From contig JAYEJL010000157.1 in NCBI GenBank assembly GCA_034660555.1, positions 1 to 37,554 of the forward strand: a stretch of 37,554 nt of DNA, written 5' to 3'. Source of the stretch: Thermotogota bacterium (GTDB lineage: Bacteria; Thermotogota; Thermotogae; Petrotogales; Kosmotogaceae). Positions 18,978-27,845 of this stretch are shown one piece after another. Position numbers and translations under genes: made by a program. How positions within the stretch are numbered: the stretch's first letter is position 1; each line of letters begins with the position of its first letter. The notes beneath the pieces were generated by a model. It saw only the letters and a program-made list of their open reading frames with translations, was not told where the DNA came from and did no database searches.

Positions 18978-20177
18978 TTGTTAAATTTCTTGAAATGGTA
19001 TACTCATTTTTTCATGAAGGAGAGTTTTGAGAAAGTTCCCGAGCGTTACACATTTCCTATCGAAAGTCCGGGATTGTATATTCATTTCCCTTTTTGTAAA
19101 AGTAATTGTGGTTACTGTCCCTATCTCAAAATGAATTATGATGAGCAGCTTGTTTCTGATTACATTATATGGCTCCAGAGAGAGAGGATGTTGCACGGTA
19201 CATCGAGATTTTCATCTCTGTATATTGGTGGTGGCAGTCCTTCCAATGATATGAAAGCAATAAAGCAGATTTTGCAATTTATTGCAGGTGATATAAACGG
19301 GGAAATAGCTATGGAAGTTCATCCCGATGATACTCAAATGAGCAATTTGCAAAGGTTAAAGGAACTCGGAGTGAATTATGTCAGTCTTGGAATACAAACT
19401 CTTGACCAGGAATTACAGAATAAAATTGGTCGAGGTATATCCAGGAATGTAAATATCAAATCGCTAGAAAATGTTATGAACTCGGATTTTGATGTAGTCA
19501 ATGTTGATCTCATTCTTGATCCAGGAAAAGACTTCAATATACTTCATAAAGATTTTATTGAAGTGACTAAATTCAAACCACAGCAAATTTCAGTATACCC
19601 ATTAATGCCATTTTCATTTACCTCTATACATATATCGAATAAACCAGATATTGAAATTTCTTATTTTGAAAAACTTGATGAATTTGCTGAAGATCTTGGT
19701 TACAGAAGAGATATGCTGTGGACATACACAAACAAACAAAATCTCAGATATTCCTCGGTTGGGAGAGAATTTTATCTTGGGATGGGATTAAGTGCCTCCA
19801 CTTTCACGGGTAATTATTTTACGACTAATACATTTTCTCTGGGTAGCTATATCAAATCAATTCAAAGAAAAAAATTACCCATAGCAAGTTTGCGGACGTT
19901 TAATCAATTCCAGGGAGCATTGTTTTTTGCTTTTTGGAAATTGTATATAAATGAGCTTTATCTCGAACCTCTTTTGAAGTATTTCCCCGAAGCTGAGAAT
20001 AAAATAAGAATGTTCTTGTGGTTTCTTGAGAGGGCAAGGCTGGTCAAAGAGAGGGATAACTATTACTTCCTGACAAAAAAAGGAAGAAGAGAGATGCATA
20101 AAATGGAAGAATGGATTACTCATCATGTTGTTGATCCTCTCTGGAGCAAACTAAGAAAAACAAAGAAAAGAAAATAG
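18978..20177 (+). CDS. HemN-like (class C) radical SAM protein of unknown substrate
   Basis: LYIHFPFCKSNCGYCPY (CxxxCxxC), YIGGGSP, EVHP, SLGIQ, NVDLI. TTG start after AAGGAGG. Confidence 0.88.
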   Translation: MLNFLKWYTHFFMKESFEKVPERYTFPIESPGLYIHFPFCKSNCGYCPYLKMNYDEQLVSDYIIWLQRERMLHGTSRFSSLYIGGGSPSNDMKAIKQILQFIAGDINGEIAMEVHPDDTQMSNLQRLKELGVNYVSLGIQTLDQELQNKIGRGISRNVNIKSLENVMNSDFDVVNVDLILDPGKDFNILHKDFIEVTKFKPQQISVYPLMPFSFTSIHISNKPDIEISYFEKLDEFAEDLGYRRDMLWTYTNKQNLRYSSVGREFYLGMGLSASTFTGNYFTTNTFSLGSYIKSIQRKKLPIASLRTFNQFQGALFFAFWKLYINELYLEPLLKYFPEAENKIRMFLWFLERARLVKERDNYYFLTKKGRREMHKMEEWITHHVVDPLWSKLRKTKKRK

Positions 20178-20206
20178 CAGCCACCTGCCGGTGACCGCTA
20201 TGAACG

Positions 20207-20431
20207 CTATGCTTCACTCCAAATTGTATCATTTAACCAGTCTACAACAAGATCTATTGCTATGTCCAAAATTCTGTCAAAAAGATCGTAATCTATCTGC
20301 CACTGTTCTTCTGGTAAAACCGTATATACCAGTTCTTTTAGTTCCTCTTTTTTCTTTTCACCTTCGCCCGGTCTTTCCAATAAACAGGCTCCAAGAGATA
20401 AAAGGCCGCTAAGTGATCTTAAGAAAAACAT
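20207..20431 (-). CDS. Small hypothetical protein with holin-like GEGEKKKEE motif
   Basis: RBS AAGGAGG upstream of ATG 20431; acidic amphipathic C-terminal helix. The holin likeness is by eye only. Confidence 0.7.
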   Translation of the reverse strand: MFFLRSLSGLLSLGACLLERPGEGEKKKEELKELVYTVLPEEQWQIDYDLFDRILDIAIDLVVDWLNDTIWSEA

Positions 20432-20452
20432 ATATTAACCTCCTTTTTTTAG

Positions 20453-20483
20453 AATAAATAAAGGGGGGATATCCCCTCCCTCT
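20453..20483 (-). terminator. Intercistronic hairpin / leaky terminator
   Basis: Minus strand AGAGGGAGGGG-ATAT-CCCCCCTTT followed by ATTTATT. Confidence 0.55.
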
Positions 20484-20487
20484 GTTA

Positions 20488-20697
20488 CTAGATAAGATTA
20501 AAGAGTACGTTAGATGTTCTATTTATGATACTTGCATAATCTGTGCTGTAACCAGCGGGAATAACCTTCAAAGTAACAAGAATATCCATTACATTTTGTA
20601 CGTCTGTTGCTGTCAATGTATCCAGTGGAGATCTCAAGGTTATTCCTCTTGAGCGTCCTTCCGTAATGTTGTACCATCTCATGCTTAGGGTTTCCAT
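20488..20697 (-). CDS. DUF2922-like small protein
   Basis: TLSMRW...GITLRSP.DTLT..DVQNVMDILV...ASIINRT matches my recollection of DUF2922. RBS AGGAGGTGAAAAT. Confidence 0.75.
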   Translation of the reverse strand: METLSMRWYNITEGRSRGITLRSPLDTLTATDVQNVMDILVTLKVIPAGYSTDYASIINRTSNVLFNLI

Positions 20698-20741
20698 ATT
20701 TTCACCTCCTCAAATTTATTCTTGTAGAATCATTGCGTTAA

Positions 20742-20978
20742 TTAGTCTATGGGTCCAAGATTATCTGTGGTTATAAGTCTAATCTCGACAACTGAATAAT
20801 CTGTAAGAGATGCCAGATTGTAGGCAGCATCGTAAGCTTCCTGTTCGGTTATTGTGCTTTCTACAGAGATAGATTGTCTGTATAAGACCGGTTCACTATC
20901 TACAATTTCTCCTGTATCCCAAACAATCTGAAGTCTCTTTTCTTTACCCAGATTTTGTACAGTTGAACCAACTCCCAT
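20742..20978 (-). CDS. DUF1659-like small protein
   Basis: RLQIVWDTG....EPV...QS....T.QEAYDAA..LASL..YSVVEIRL pattern. RBS GGAGGTGAAAATA precedes ATG 20978. Confidence 0.75.
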   Translation of the reverse strand: MGVGSTVQNLGKEKRLQIVWDTGEIVDSEPVLYRQSISVESTITEQEAYDAAYNLASLTDYSVVEIRLITTDNLGPID

Positions 20979-20996
20979 TATTTTCACCTCCAATTT

Positions 20997-21022
20997 TTTA
21001 TTCGCGTGGCCACACGAATAAA
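20997..21022 (-). promoter_or_regulatory. 26-nt near-perfect inverted repeat (5'-UTR stem-loop or operator)
   Basis: TTTATTCGCGTGGCCACACGAATAAA. The single mismatch is a G-U pair on the minus-strand RNA. Confidence 0.6.
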
Positions 21023-21187
21023 TAATATAAGATATAAAAATTTATTCCTAAGCTTCTTTTTAAAAGCGTATTTTTATTTATATAGGTCTATGAAGGTTTT
21101 TTATAAAGGAGCAAGTGGATTTTGTGATTATGTGAAAATTATCAGAAGTAAATTACTAAGGGTATAAATATATATAATATGTTGCAT

Positions 21188-21213
21188 AAAAAAACCGCCC
21201 GGAGGGCGGTTTT
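21188..21213 (-). terminator. Intrinsic terminator (bidirectional shape)
   Basis: AAAACCGCCC-GGA-GGGCGGTTTT with a T-tract on both strands. Confidence 0.88.
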
Positions 21214-21234
21214 GTTTTTGTTAAATGTGTGTGC

Positions 21235-21789
21235 CTATAATCCTACGTAGACAGTTCCTTTTATGCTTATCTGACCTTCAACACTTTCAGTTTCTTCATA
21301 GTCATAATTATGTTTAATTACAACATAGAAATTTGCTTTTTCTTCATCAGATACGAGGAATGTTCTTAAGTTTTCTATTCCTCCATAGTTTTTACTATTA
21401 ACGGTTTTCTCTGTAGTTCCTGGCTTCATTGTTCCTTCAATAGCAAGATCAGATGGATCCGTTGAGTATCCGGTTCTGCTTATGTATAGTTCATAATTAA
21501 AGGCATCGAAACTTTCTGGATGTAATACAGTAGCAGTTACAGTAAGTTCTATTTTCTTGATTTTAGCATCGAATGGTACTTCAGCATCTATTAAAGGATT
21601 TTCTACTTCAGTTTCAAACTGATATTCATTCCATTCATTATTGCTAGCTGTTGTGAACTCATAATCAATACTTTCTGATGTTACTTTAAAATCAACGTTC
21701 AACGCTCCAGGTATTTTTATTGGAATAGTGCAAGAGAAGAAAAATAAGACTATTACCCCAATTAGTAAACTAAATAACATTTTTCTCAT
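21235..21789 (-). CDS. Hypothetical lipoprotein (beta-rich)
   Basis: MRKMLFSLLIGVIVLFFFSC lipobox; AGGAGGT RBS before ATG 21789. Confidence 0.78.
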   Translation of the reverse strand: MRKMLFSLLIGVIVLFFFSCTIPIKIPGALNVDFKVTSESIDYEFTTASNNEWNEYQFETEVENPLIDAEVPFDAKIKKIELTVTATVLHPESFDAFNYELYISRTGYSTDPSDLAIEGTMKPGTTEKTVNSKNYGGIENLRTFLVSDEEKANFYVVIKHNYDYEETESVEGQISIKGTVYVGL

Positions 21790-21878
21790 AATATTACCTC
21801 CTGATTTATTCGATTGTTTTAAATATTTTACCAATTCTATTTTAATACTTATTTGTTTCTCAAACAACCTTATTTTGC

Positions 21879-22658
21879 TTACTCATGATAATTTTTCTTG
21901 AGTTGTTCTTTAACATTCACTTTCATTGTTTCTAGAGAATTAACAAATGCTGAAATGTTATCGATTCTGATCTGTTCCATCGAAATGATTTTATATGGTG
22001 AGACGTCAGCAAGGATCTTTCTGGCAAGTTCTCCACTTCTTAGTTCAAGACTTTGAACGAGTATTTGATTTGCATTATTAACAGGAAGTGTTTTCGTATT
22101 TCTCAGATTAACATGTACCAAATCGGATTTTTGGAGTTTGAATAATGGGATTTGGGAGTAGTATATGCTGGAGAGAAATCTATTTTCTACAGGCGGAAAT
22201 AACCCGGGGAAACCGACAGATAGCCTCAATAAATTATGGCTGCTTCCACCTAACAGTTCAACTTTTTTATCTACGATATTGATTACTTCTATGTTAATGT
22301 CGTTTATTTGCTCATCAGAAATGTATCTCAGTATTGCATCAAAAGTTTTCCATCCTGAAACATGATCGGTAACGGTCCAGCTTGCACAGTAATCTCTATC
22401 TAGCCTTCTTTGATATTTTTTCTGCAAATCAAATTCTCTTCCCATAGCCTTTATTGGTTCTTGGAATCTGCTCAGGAATATCATAAGCTTGCGAAGAGCA
22501 AACTCTCGGTCATGACACCTTCTAATTATCCAGTAGAAACCAGCAAGACCATTAAGTATAGTCCTCTCAAATTTTACATTATCGATTTCTTCTATAGCTT
22601 CCAGAAAAGGTATTGAAGTTAAAGCCTGCAGAAGAAAACCACCGGCCCGGATATTCAT
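21879..22658 (-). CDS. Degenerate patatin-like protein lacking catalytic motifs
   Basis: SVGFPGLFPPV parallels SMAMPGVFPPV of the neighbour. No GxSxG or DGG. Four-nt overlap with the upstream patatin gene. Confidence 0.6.
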   Translation of the reverse strand: MNIRAGGFLLQALTSIPFLEAIEEIDNVKFERTILNGLAGFYWIIRRCHDREFALRKLMIFLSRFQEPIKAMGREFDLQKKYQRRLDRDYCASWTVTDHVSGWKTFDAILRYISDEQINDINIEVINIVDKKVELLGGSSHNLLRLSVGFPGLFPPVENRFLSSIYYSQIPLFKLQKSDLVHVNLRNTKTLPVNNANQILVQSLELRSGELARKILADVSPYKIISMEQIRIDNISAFVNSLETMKVNVKEQLKKNYHE

Positions 22659-23488
22659 AACCTGATTCTCCCGCTTTCCAACAATCTTTTTGCGCTGCTA
22701 TAACCCTTTTCTGCTATTTTAAGTGTTTTTGAAAATTCGAGAGCGTCGATATTGCCAATTTTTGGACGAATCAAAACATGGATATCCTTTTCCCAGTAAT
22801 CGGTTAGCCGCTCGAAAACCATATGGTTAATCATTACCAGTTGCATATTAGAATTCTCAGGGAAATTGAATTCTTTATTTCTTTCAGAAACATCCACTGC
22901 TATTATTCTTTCTGCTCCTAGTGATTTAGCTATATCCGCAGGCAAATTACAGATGGTTCCGCCATCAATAAGTTCTTTACCGTTAAATTTAACTGGCGGA
23001 AAAACACCTGGCATTGCCATTGATGCCTTGAGTGCATCAAATATTAAACCTTCGGAGTGGATGTATCTTTCTCCTGTTTTGAGATCCGTGGAAATACAGT
23101 AAAACTTGATTTTTGTATCAGCAAATGTGAACCTTCGGAAGAACAATTTAAATAACCAGAAATACAGCCATGATGGTAGAGCAGCCTTCCTGTTGTTCAT
23201 GTAAGAACATCCAAGATTTGCAAGAAATCTGCAATAAGGTCTGGATGTTATTGAAAGTTTGAAAGGAAACCACTTCATACCGAGATAGTAAGCTTTCTTT
23301 GCGTAACTCCAGAGTCTATCAGCGTCATTTAGTAGAGCATAGCATGCCCCGATAACAGATCCAATACTCACTCCAATAATCATATCGGGTTTAAAACCTG
23401 TTTCTTCAAGTGCTCTTATTACACCTATGTGAGCAGCTCCTCTTGCACCGCCCCCACTTAATATAAGTGCTGTTTTAGGATTTCCCAT
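22655..23488 (-). CDS. Patatin-like phospholipase
   Basis: LSGGGARGAAHIG, GVSIG, ASMAMPG.FPP, IDGG. Confidence 0.93.
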   Translation of the reverse strand: MGNPKTALILSGGGARGAAHIGVIRALEETGFKPDMIIGVSIGSVIGACYALLNDADRLWSYAKKAYYLGMKWFPFKLSITSRPYCRFLANLGCSYMNNRKAALPSWLYFWLFKLFFRRFTFADTKIKFYCISTDLKTGERYIHSEGLIFDALKASMAMPGVFPPVKFNGKELIDGGTICNLPADIAKSLGAERIIAVDVSERNKEFNFPENSNMQLVMINHMVFERLTDYWEKDIHVLIRPKIGNIDALEFSKTLKIAEKGYSSAKRLLESGRIRL

Positions 23489-24332
23489 TGTATGCAGCTT
23501 CCCCGTTATTCAATGATTCTATGTCATCTGGAGTTTCATAGGAAAATCTTCCAAAATTACCCTTTGTTAGGTTGATTAAGAAATGTGCAGCCGCTCTTTC
23601 GTAATCATATTCCTGTCCTCTCTTAATGAAACTCTTTTCTTTAGAGTAGAATTCCAGGAAGGTTACATAGTCAACATGTTCTCCCTTTTGTTTTTTTAGA
23701 ACATTGTCAAAGACATTTTCTCCGTATCTTGTTATGAGAAATGAATATATTTTTTTCATTGCATCAAATAGATCAACCTGTTCGAGGGGCAAACAACCAG
23801 TCGCAATGAGTTTCATCTTTATATTTGGGCTGTGAAGCCTTGTGTAAAGTATTCCTGGAGTATCCAGAACCGAAAGCTGTTCATTAACCTTTATCCACTG
23901 TATACCCCGGGTGATGCCAGGCCTGTTACCAACTGCGAGTGATTTTTTCCCTTTTATTCTGTTTATCAAGGTTGATTTTCCAACATTTGGTACGCCGACT
24001 ATCATAATTTTCTTTTCAATAAATTTTCCCTTTATCTTTGGAAGTATTTTTCTTTTTAAGAAAGAGCTTGCATCTGATCGTTTCAAATTTGCAGATATTA
24101 CATCATGATCTTTCTTATAAAATTTTATCCATTGACTGGTTATAGCAGGATCTGCCAGATCTTCTTTGTTCAGTACCAATATTCGCTGTTTATTCTGAAA
24201 CAGTTCATCATACTCGTAAGCTCTACTTGAGAAAGGAATTCTCGCATCAAGTAGTTCAACGACAGCATCGACGATCTTCAGATTTTTCCTGATTCTATTT
24301 TTTGCCTTTTCAATGTGACCTGGATACCACAT
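23475..24332 (-). CDS. rbgA: Ribosome biogenesis GTPase RbgA/YlqF
   Basis: MWYPGH start with GGGAGG RBS, DARIP, NKED, GVPNVGKST, PGIT, DTPG (circularly permuted GTPase). Confidence 0.95.
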   Translation of the reverse strand: MWYPGHIEKAKNRIRKNLKIVDAVVELLDARIPFSSRAYEYDELFQNKQRILVLNKEDLADPAITSQWIKFYKKDHDVISANLKRSDASSFLKRKILPKIKGKFIEKKIMIVGVPNVGKSTLINRIKGKKSLAVGNRPGITRGIQWIKVNEQLSVLDTPGILYTRLHSPNIKMKLIATGCLPLEQVDLFDAMKKIYSFLITRYGENVFDNVLKKQKGEHVDYVTFLEFYSKEKSFIKRGQEYDYERAAAHFLINLTKGNFGRFSYETPDDIESLNNGEAAYNGKS

Positions 24333-24372
24333 TAAAAATCCTCCCGATAATATTATACAGTTAGATAATAAA

Positions 24373-26490
24373 TTACCTCTTTTTCTTTGATGAACCAATT
24401 GATAATAATTGTGACACGAAAACCAATGTGCAAGTTACACCAGTTGCAATACCAAGTACAAGAAGTATACCCAGATTAAGAAACAACTTAAGAGGTGCGA
24501 AAAATAGTGAGCTAAAACCTGCAGATAGTGATAATCCACTGGCAATTATAACCGGACCAATATCGCGCAATGCAAGATCTGAAGCTTCTGCTCTATTATG
24601 CTTCTTCGATAGTCGTCTGTATCCACTTATAAGATGTATTGAATAATCAATTATAAGCCCCATCAACACACCTGCTATTATTGCTGTGGATACCTCGAGA
24701 TTCATTCTCAGTATGGACATATAGGAAAAATTAAGTATGGTGGTAACAACAATGGGTACTACGGCAATAAGTGCAAGAAGAATTTTTCTAAAGACAATAA
24801 TGAGCAAAATGGCAATTGCTCCGAAGGCAACAAATATTGTTGTGACCTGATTTTCAACAACGCCGCTGTTTATTCCAGCATTGACAAGTGCGGTGGATGC
24901 AACATAGGGTGAGTACTGTGGATATTCTGCAATAATGTTTTCTACCTTGTTGTTGAGTTCCCTGATACCATTTGCATCTGTAATGGGTGTCTTTACGAGA
25001 AGTCTAATGGAATTGCCCGAAGCAAATTCAGATAATTCAGAAAAGGAGTCATCTGTTTTTGCAAATAAATTCAGCATTGGGAGCGGTATATTATAACTAT
25101 TTGAAATATCCAGTAGGGAATAAATTCCGTTAACTCCCTGCAATTCTTCCATTTTGGAAATCATTTGCTCAAGGTTTTTAGTATCGTCTGCAGTAAAAAC
25201 TCCTTCCTTTTCGAGAACAACGTACATAGGAAGTACCCAACCAAAGGTTTCTTTGGTCTTTTCAGTAGCTTTAACAATCTCAGAATTATTTTTGAAATAT
25301 GAAAACTGGTCTGAGTTGACTTCCAGATCTTTTATGAATAGAGGTGAGATGAGCAAAAGAATCAATAAACCTATTGAAAGATAGCTAGAAAATTTCGTTT
25401 TTGCCTGTATCTTGAATCCTAGATGCTTGTGTTTTGCTTTCAAATCCATAAGAGTGAGAAGCGAAGGGATAACAACCAGGGTGAAGAAGAAACTAATTCC
25501 CACACCCAGTGCTACGAGTATACCAAGATACCGCATTGCTTCCATTGCACTAAAGATAAATGTCAGGAATCCCACTGCAGTAGTCAGTGCTGACAAAAAC
25601 AGAGGAATCTTTTCATCTGATACTGCTTTTTTAACCGATTCAAGATGATGATAGCTGTCTCTAAATCTCATGTATCTATCAATCATATGCAATCCGTAAG
25701 AAGAACTTACTATAATTATGAATAAACCTATGGTGGACGTAAGCATATTTAAGGTTAGATTTGCAAGGGAAGCTATACCATATGTCCACAATGCTGCAAT
25801 AAGAGCAACAAGAGGAGGTAATAAAGCTGCTCTGAAGTCACCAAGCCTCAAGAAATAAAGTACCCACATCAAAAGAAACAATAGTGGTGGGAAAAAATAG
25901 GTTAGTAGCATTATTGATTTTTTCATCTCATTGTCAATGATTGGGTTTCCCGTCATGAAAGTTTCGAAGTTATCTGGTAACTGGTTCAGCGTTTTTCTAA
26001 CGCTTTCAACCGATATTTCTTCGTTTACGTCAATTGCTATCAAAGCAGTTGTACCACTTTTGTTGATTAAGTTTCCAACATATACAGGGTCTTCAGTGAG
26101 CTTTTTGGCGTTTTCCAGAGGAACTCCTTCTTCAAAAAAAGGTTTAGGATTTATACTGAAACCGGAGAAACTAACATCCCTGGCGTCAAATATTGAATTT
26201 ACCTTTAATATCCCATCAAGTTCCTTCAAATCTTCAACTACCCTGTATAATGCTTCGGAGTTTTCTGATTTAAGTAAAGAATCATCAGAATCAACAGACG
26301 CTACCAGAAGAATTTTTTCAGCGGCTGGAAACGTTTTTTCCATCCGTGCCATTTTAATAGAAGAAGGGTAATCATCGGGTATAAGCTCTTCAAATGAACC
26401 AAAACGCAAGTTTGTAATGTTAAGTAGCAAAACGAGTGTGGCTACACCAACTATTACTAATATCAGAAGTGCAAACTTCTTTTTCATCAC
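24373..26490 (-). CDS. MMPL/RND family membrane transporter
   Basis: Two repeats of TM + extracytoplasmic domain + 5 TM; SYGLH, SALTTAVGF, GLIIDYSIH. Confidence 0.85.
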   Translation of the reverse strand: MMKKKFALLILVIVGVATLVLLLNITNLRFGSFEELIPDDYPSSIKMARMEKTFPAAEKILLVASVDSDDSLLKSENSEALYRVVEDLKELDGILKVNSIFDARDVSFSGFSINPKPFFEEGVPLENAKKLTEDPVYVGNLINKSGTTALIAIDVNEEISVESVRKTLNQLPDNFETFMTGNPIIDNEMKKSIMLLTYFFPPLLFLLMWVLYFLRLGDFRAALLPPLVALIAALWTYGIASLANLTLNMLTSTIGLFIIIVSSSYGLHMIDRYMRFRDSYHHLESVKKAVSDEKIPLFLSALTTAVGFLTFIFSAMEAMRYLGILVALGVGISFFFTLVVIPSLLTLMDLKAKHKHLGFKIQAKTKFSSYLSIGLLILLLISPLFIKDLEVNSDQFSYFKNNSEIVKATEKTKETFGWVLPMYVVLEKEGVFTADDTKNLEQMISKMEELQGVNGIYSLLDISNSYNIPLPMLNLFAKTDDSFSELSEFASGNSIRLLVKTPITDANGIRELNNKVENIIAEYPQYSPYVASTALVNAGINSGVVENQVTTIFVAFGAIAILLIIVFRKILLALIAVVPIVVTTILNFSYMSILRMNLEVSTAIIAGVLMGLIIDYSIHLISGYRRLSKKHNRAEASDLALRDIGPVIIASGLSLSAGFSSLFFAPLKLFLNLGILLVLGIATGVTCTLVFVSQLLSIGSSKKKR

Positions 26491-26613
26491 ATAGCCTCCA
26501 GGTAAATTCTAACACTGTCGTTTTAAAATATCTTGGCTAGCAGAAAAATATTTTGCTTTCGGGACAAACATTGGAAATCGAAATGTTCAGATTTGATATT
26601 ACCAGCTTTTTAT

Positions 26614-27084
26614 TTAGTTTCTGAGTAAGCCATACATGTAGATATCATGATATTTTCCTTCATAGTACTTTGCTTCGCGCATTGTCCCTTCACGTTTGAA
26701 TCCAAGTGATTCAAATAAATTGATCGATTTCTCATTGTAATCAACGATCTCTGCTTCGAGTCTATGAAAATTCAACATATTGAAGCAGTGATCAACGATA
26801 ATTTTAAGACTTCTTTTCGCATAACCTTTGTTCTGTTCTGACAACTTTATGAATAAACTAATCTTTGCTTTATGGTTAAACCAGCGTATACTACTAAGGC
26901 TAATAGACCCTACCAGTTTACCTTCGACCTCCAGTCTGTAATCAATTCTTTCAGGCAAATTTAAGCTGTACCATCGTTTTTCAGACATGGTCGCAAGTAT
27001 ATCGCGATCATTAACCAATTCATTTAATTCATTGTCACCATTTGCGGTGGATATGATCATAAGTTCATTGTCTTTAAGCAACAT
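26614..27084 (-). CDS. RimJ/RimL-type GNAT N-acetyltransferase
   Basis: QNKGYA, LNFHRL, YNEKSINLFESLGFKREG. AAGGAGGT RBS before ATG 27084. Confidence 0.88.
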   Translation of the reverse strand: MLLKDNELMIISTANGDNELNELVNDRDILATMSEKRWYSLNLPERIDYRLEVEGKLVGSISLSSIRWFNHKAKISLFIKLSEQNKGYAKRSLKIIVDHCFNMLNFHRLEAEIVDYNEKSINLFESLGFKREGTMREAKYYEGKYHDIYMYGLLRN

Positions 27085-27173
27085 TCTTTTATACCTCCTT
27101 TTTACTATCATGTTATCATTTAATTGTTATATTCAATTTTAGACCAATTATTGTATAAAAGAGGTTGAATAAG

Positions 27174-27845
27174 ATGGTGAATATTGCAAAAAATGTTGAA
27201 AAGATTAGATCAAAGGTCCCCGATAATGTCAGGATCCTTGCTGCTGCAAAAACAAGGAAAGCAGAAGAGATAATTGAGGTTGTAAGAGCAGGTATTACAG
27301 ACATAGGAGAAAACTATGTGCAGGAAACGGAAGAAGTTTTTGAAAAAGTCAATAGAAGTACTGATGAGAAAATAACCTGGCACATGATAGGACATCTGCA
27401 GAGAAACAAGGTAAAGGATGCACTAAAATTATATGATGTAATACAAAGCCTTGATTCCTTTAGGCTTGCTCGTGAAGTTAACAAACGTGCGCGAAAGGCA
27501 AATATAGTCGTTCCAGCCTTTATTGAGATCAACAGCGGCAAAGAAGAACAAAAACATGGAATTATGCCTGATAGATTTGAAGATTTTATTGAAAAGATCA
27601 AAGACTTTTCTCACATTAAAGTAGAGGGGATAATGACAATGGGACCGATTTTTGAAAATCCTGAAGAATTAAGGCCATATTTCAAATTGACCAGAGAACT
27701 TTATGAGAGAGCAAAAAAAATTAAGCAGGAGAATTTGGATATTAAATGGCTTTCAATGGGAATGACAGATTCATATCTTATCGCAATTGATGAAGGTGCA
27801 AATATGATACGTATCGGGACAGCTTTATTCGGACCAAGAGATTGA
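27174..27845 (+). CDS. yggS: PLP homeostasis protein YggS/PROSC
   Basis: AAAKT, IGENYVQE, WHMIGHLQRNK, LSMGMT, RIGTALFG. Confidence 0.95.
   Translation: MVNIAKNVEKIRSKVPDNVRILAAAKTRKAEEIIEVVRAGITDIGENYVQETEEVFEKVNRSTDEKITWHMIGHLQRNKVKDALKLYDVIQSLDSFRLAREVNKRARKANIVVPAFIEINSGKEEQKHGIMPDRFEDFIEKIKDFSHIKVEGIMTMGPIFENPEELRPYFKLTRELYERAKKIKQENLDIKWLSMGMTDSYLIAIDEGANMIRIGTALFGPRD

Noticed and set aside
18978..20978. RiPP cluster with the small ORFs as radical SAM substrates
   Set aside because: The ORFs are convergent with the enzyme and look like folded DUF proteins, and the enzyme has no SPASM or RRE-like Cys motifs.
15493..21022. Prophage suggested by the HK97-fold shell plus holin-like ORF
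   Set aside because: The shell is a typical encapsulin with ferritin cargo; no terminase, portal, tail, integrase or att repeats are seen.
26543..26556. AAAATATTTT upstream of MMPL as another RpiR site
   Set aside because: Single AT-only core without the TTTTCAC flank; expected by chance.
27825..27845. Convergent 3' overlaps (yggS/mggS; also DUF72/nitrilase at 9418-9429) as antisense regulation
   Set aside because: Short tail-to-tail overlaps are common in compact genomes; no further evidence.
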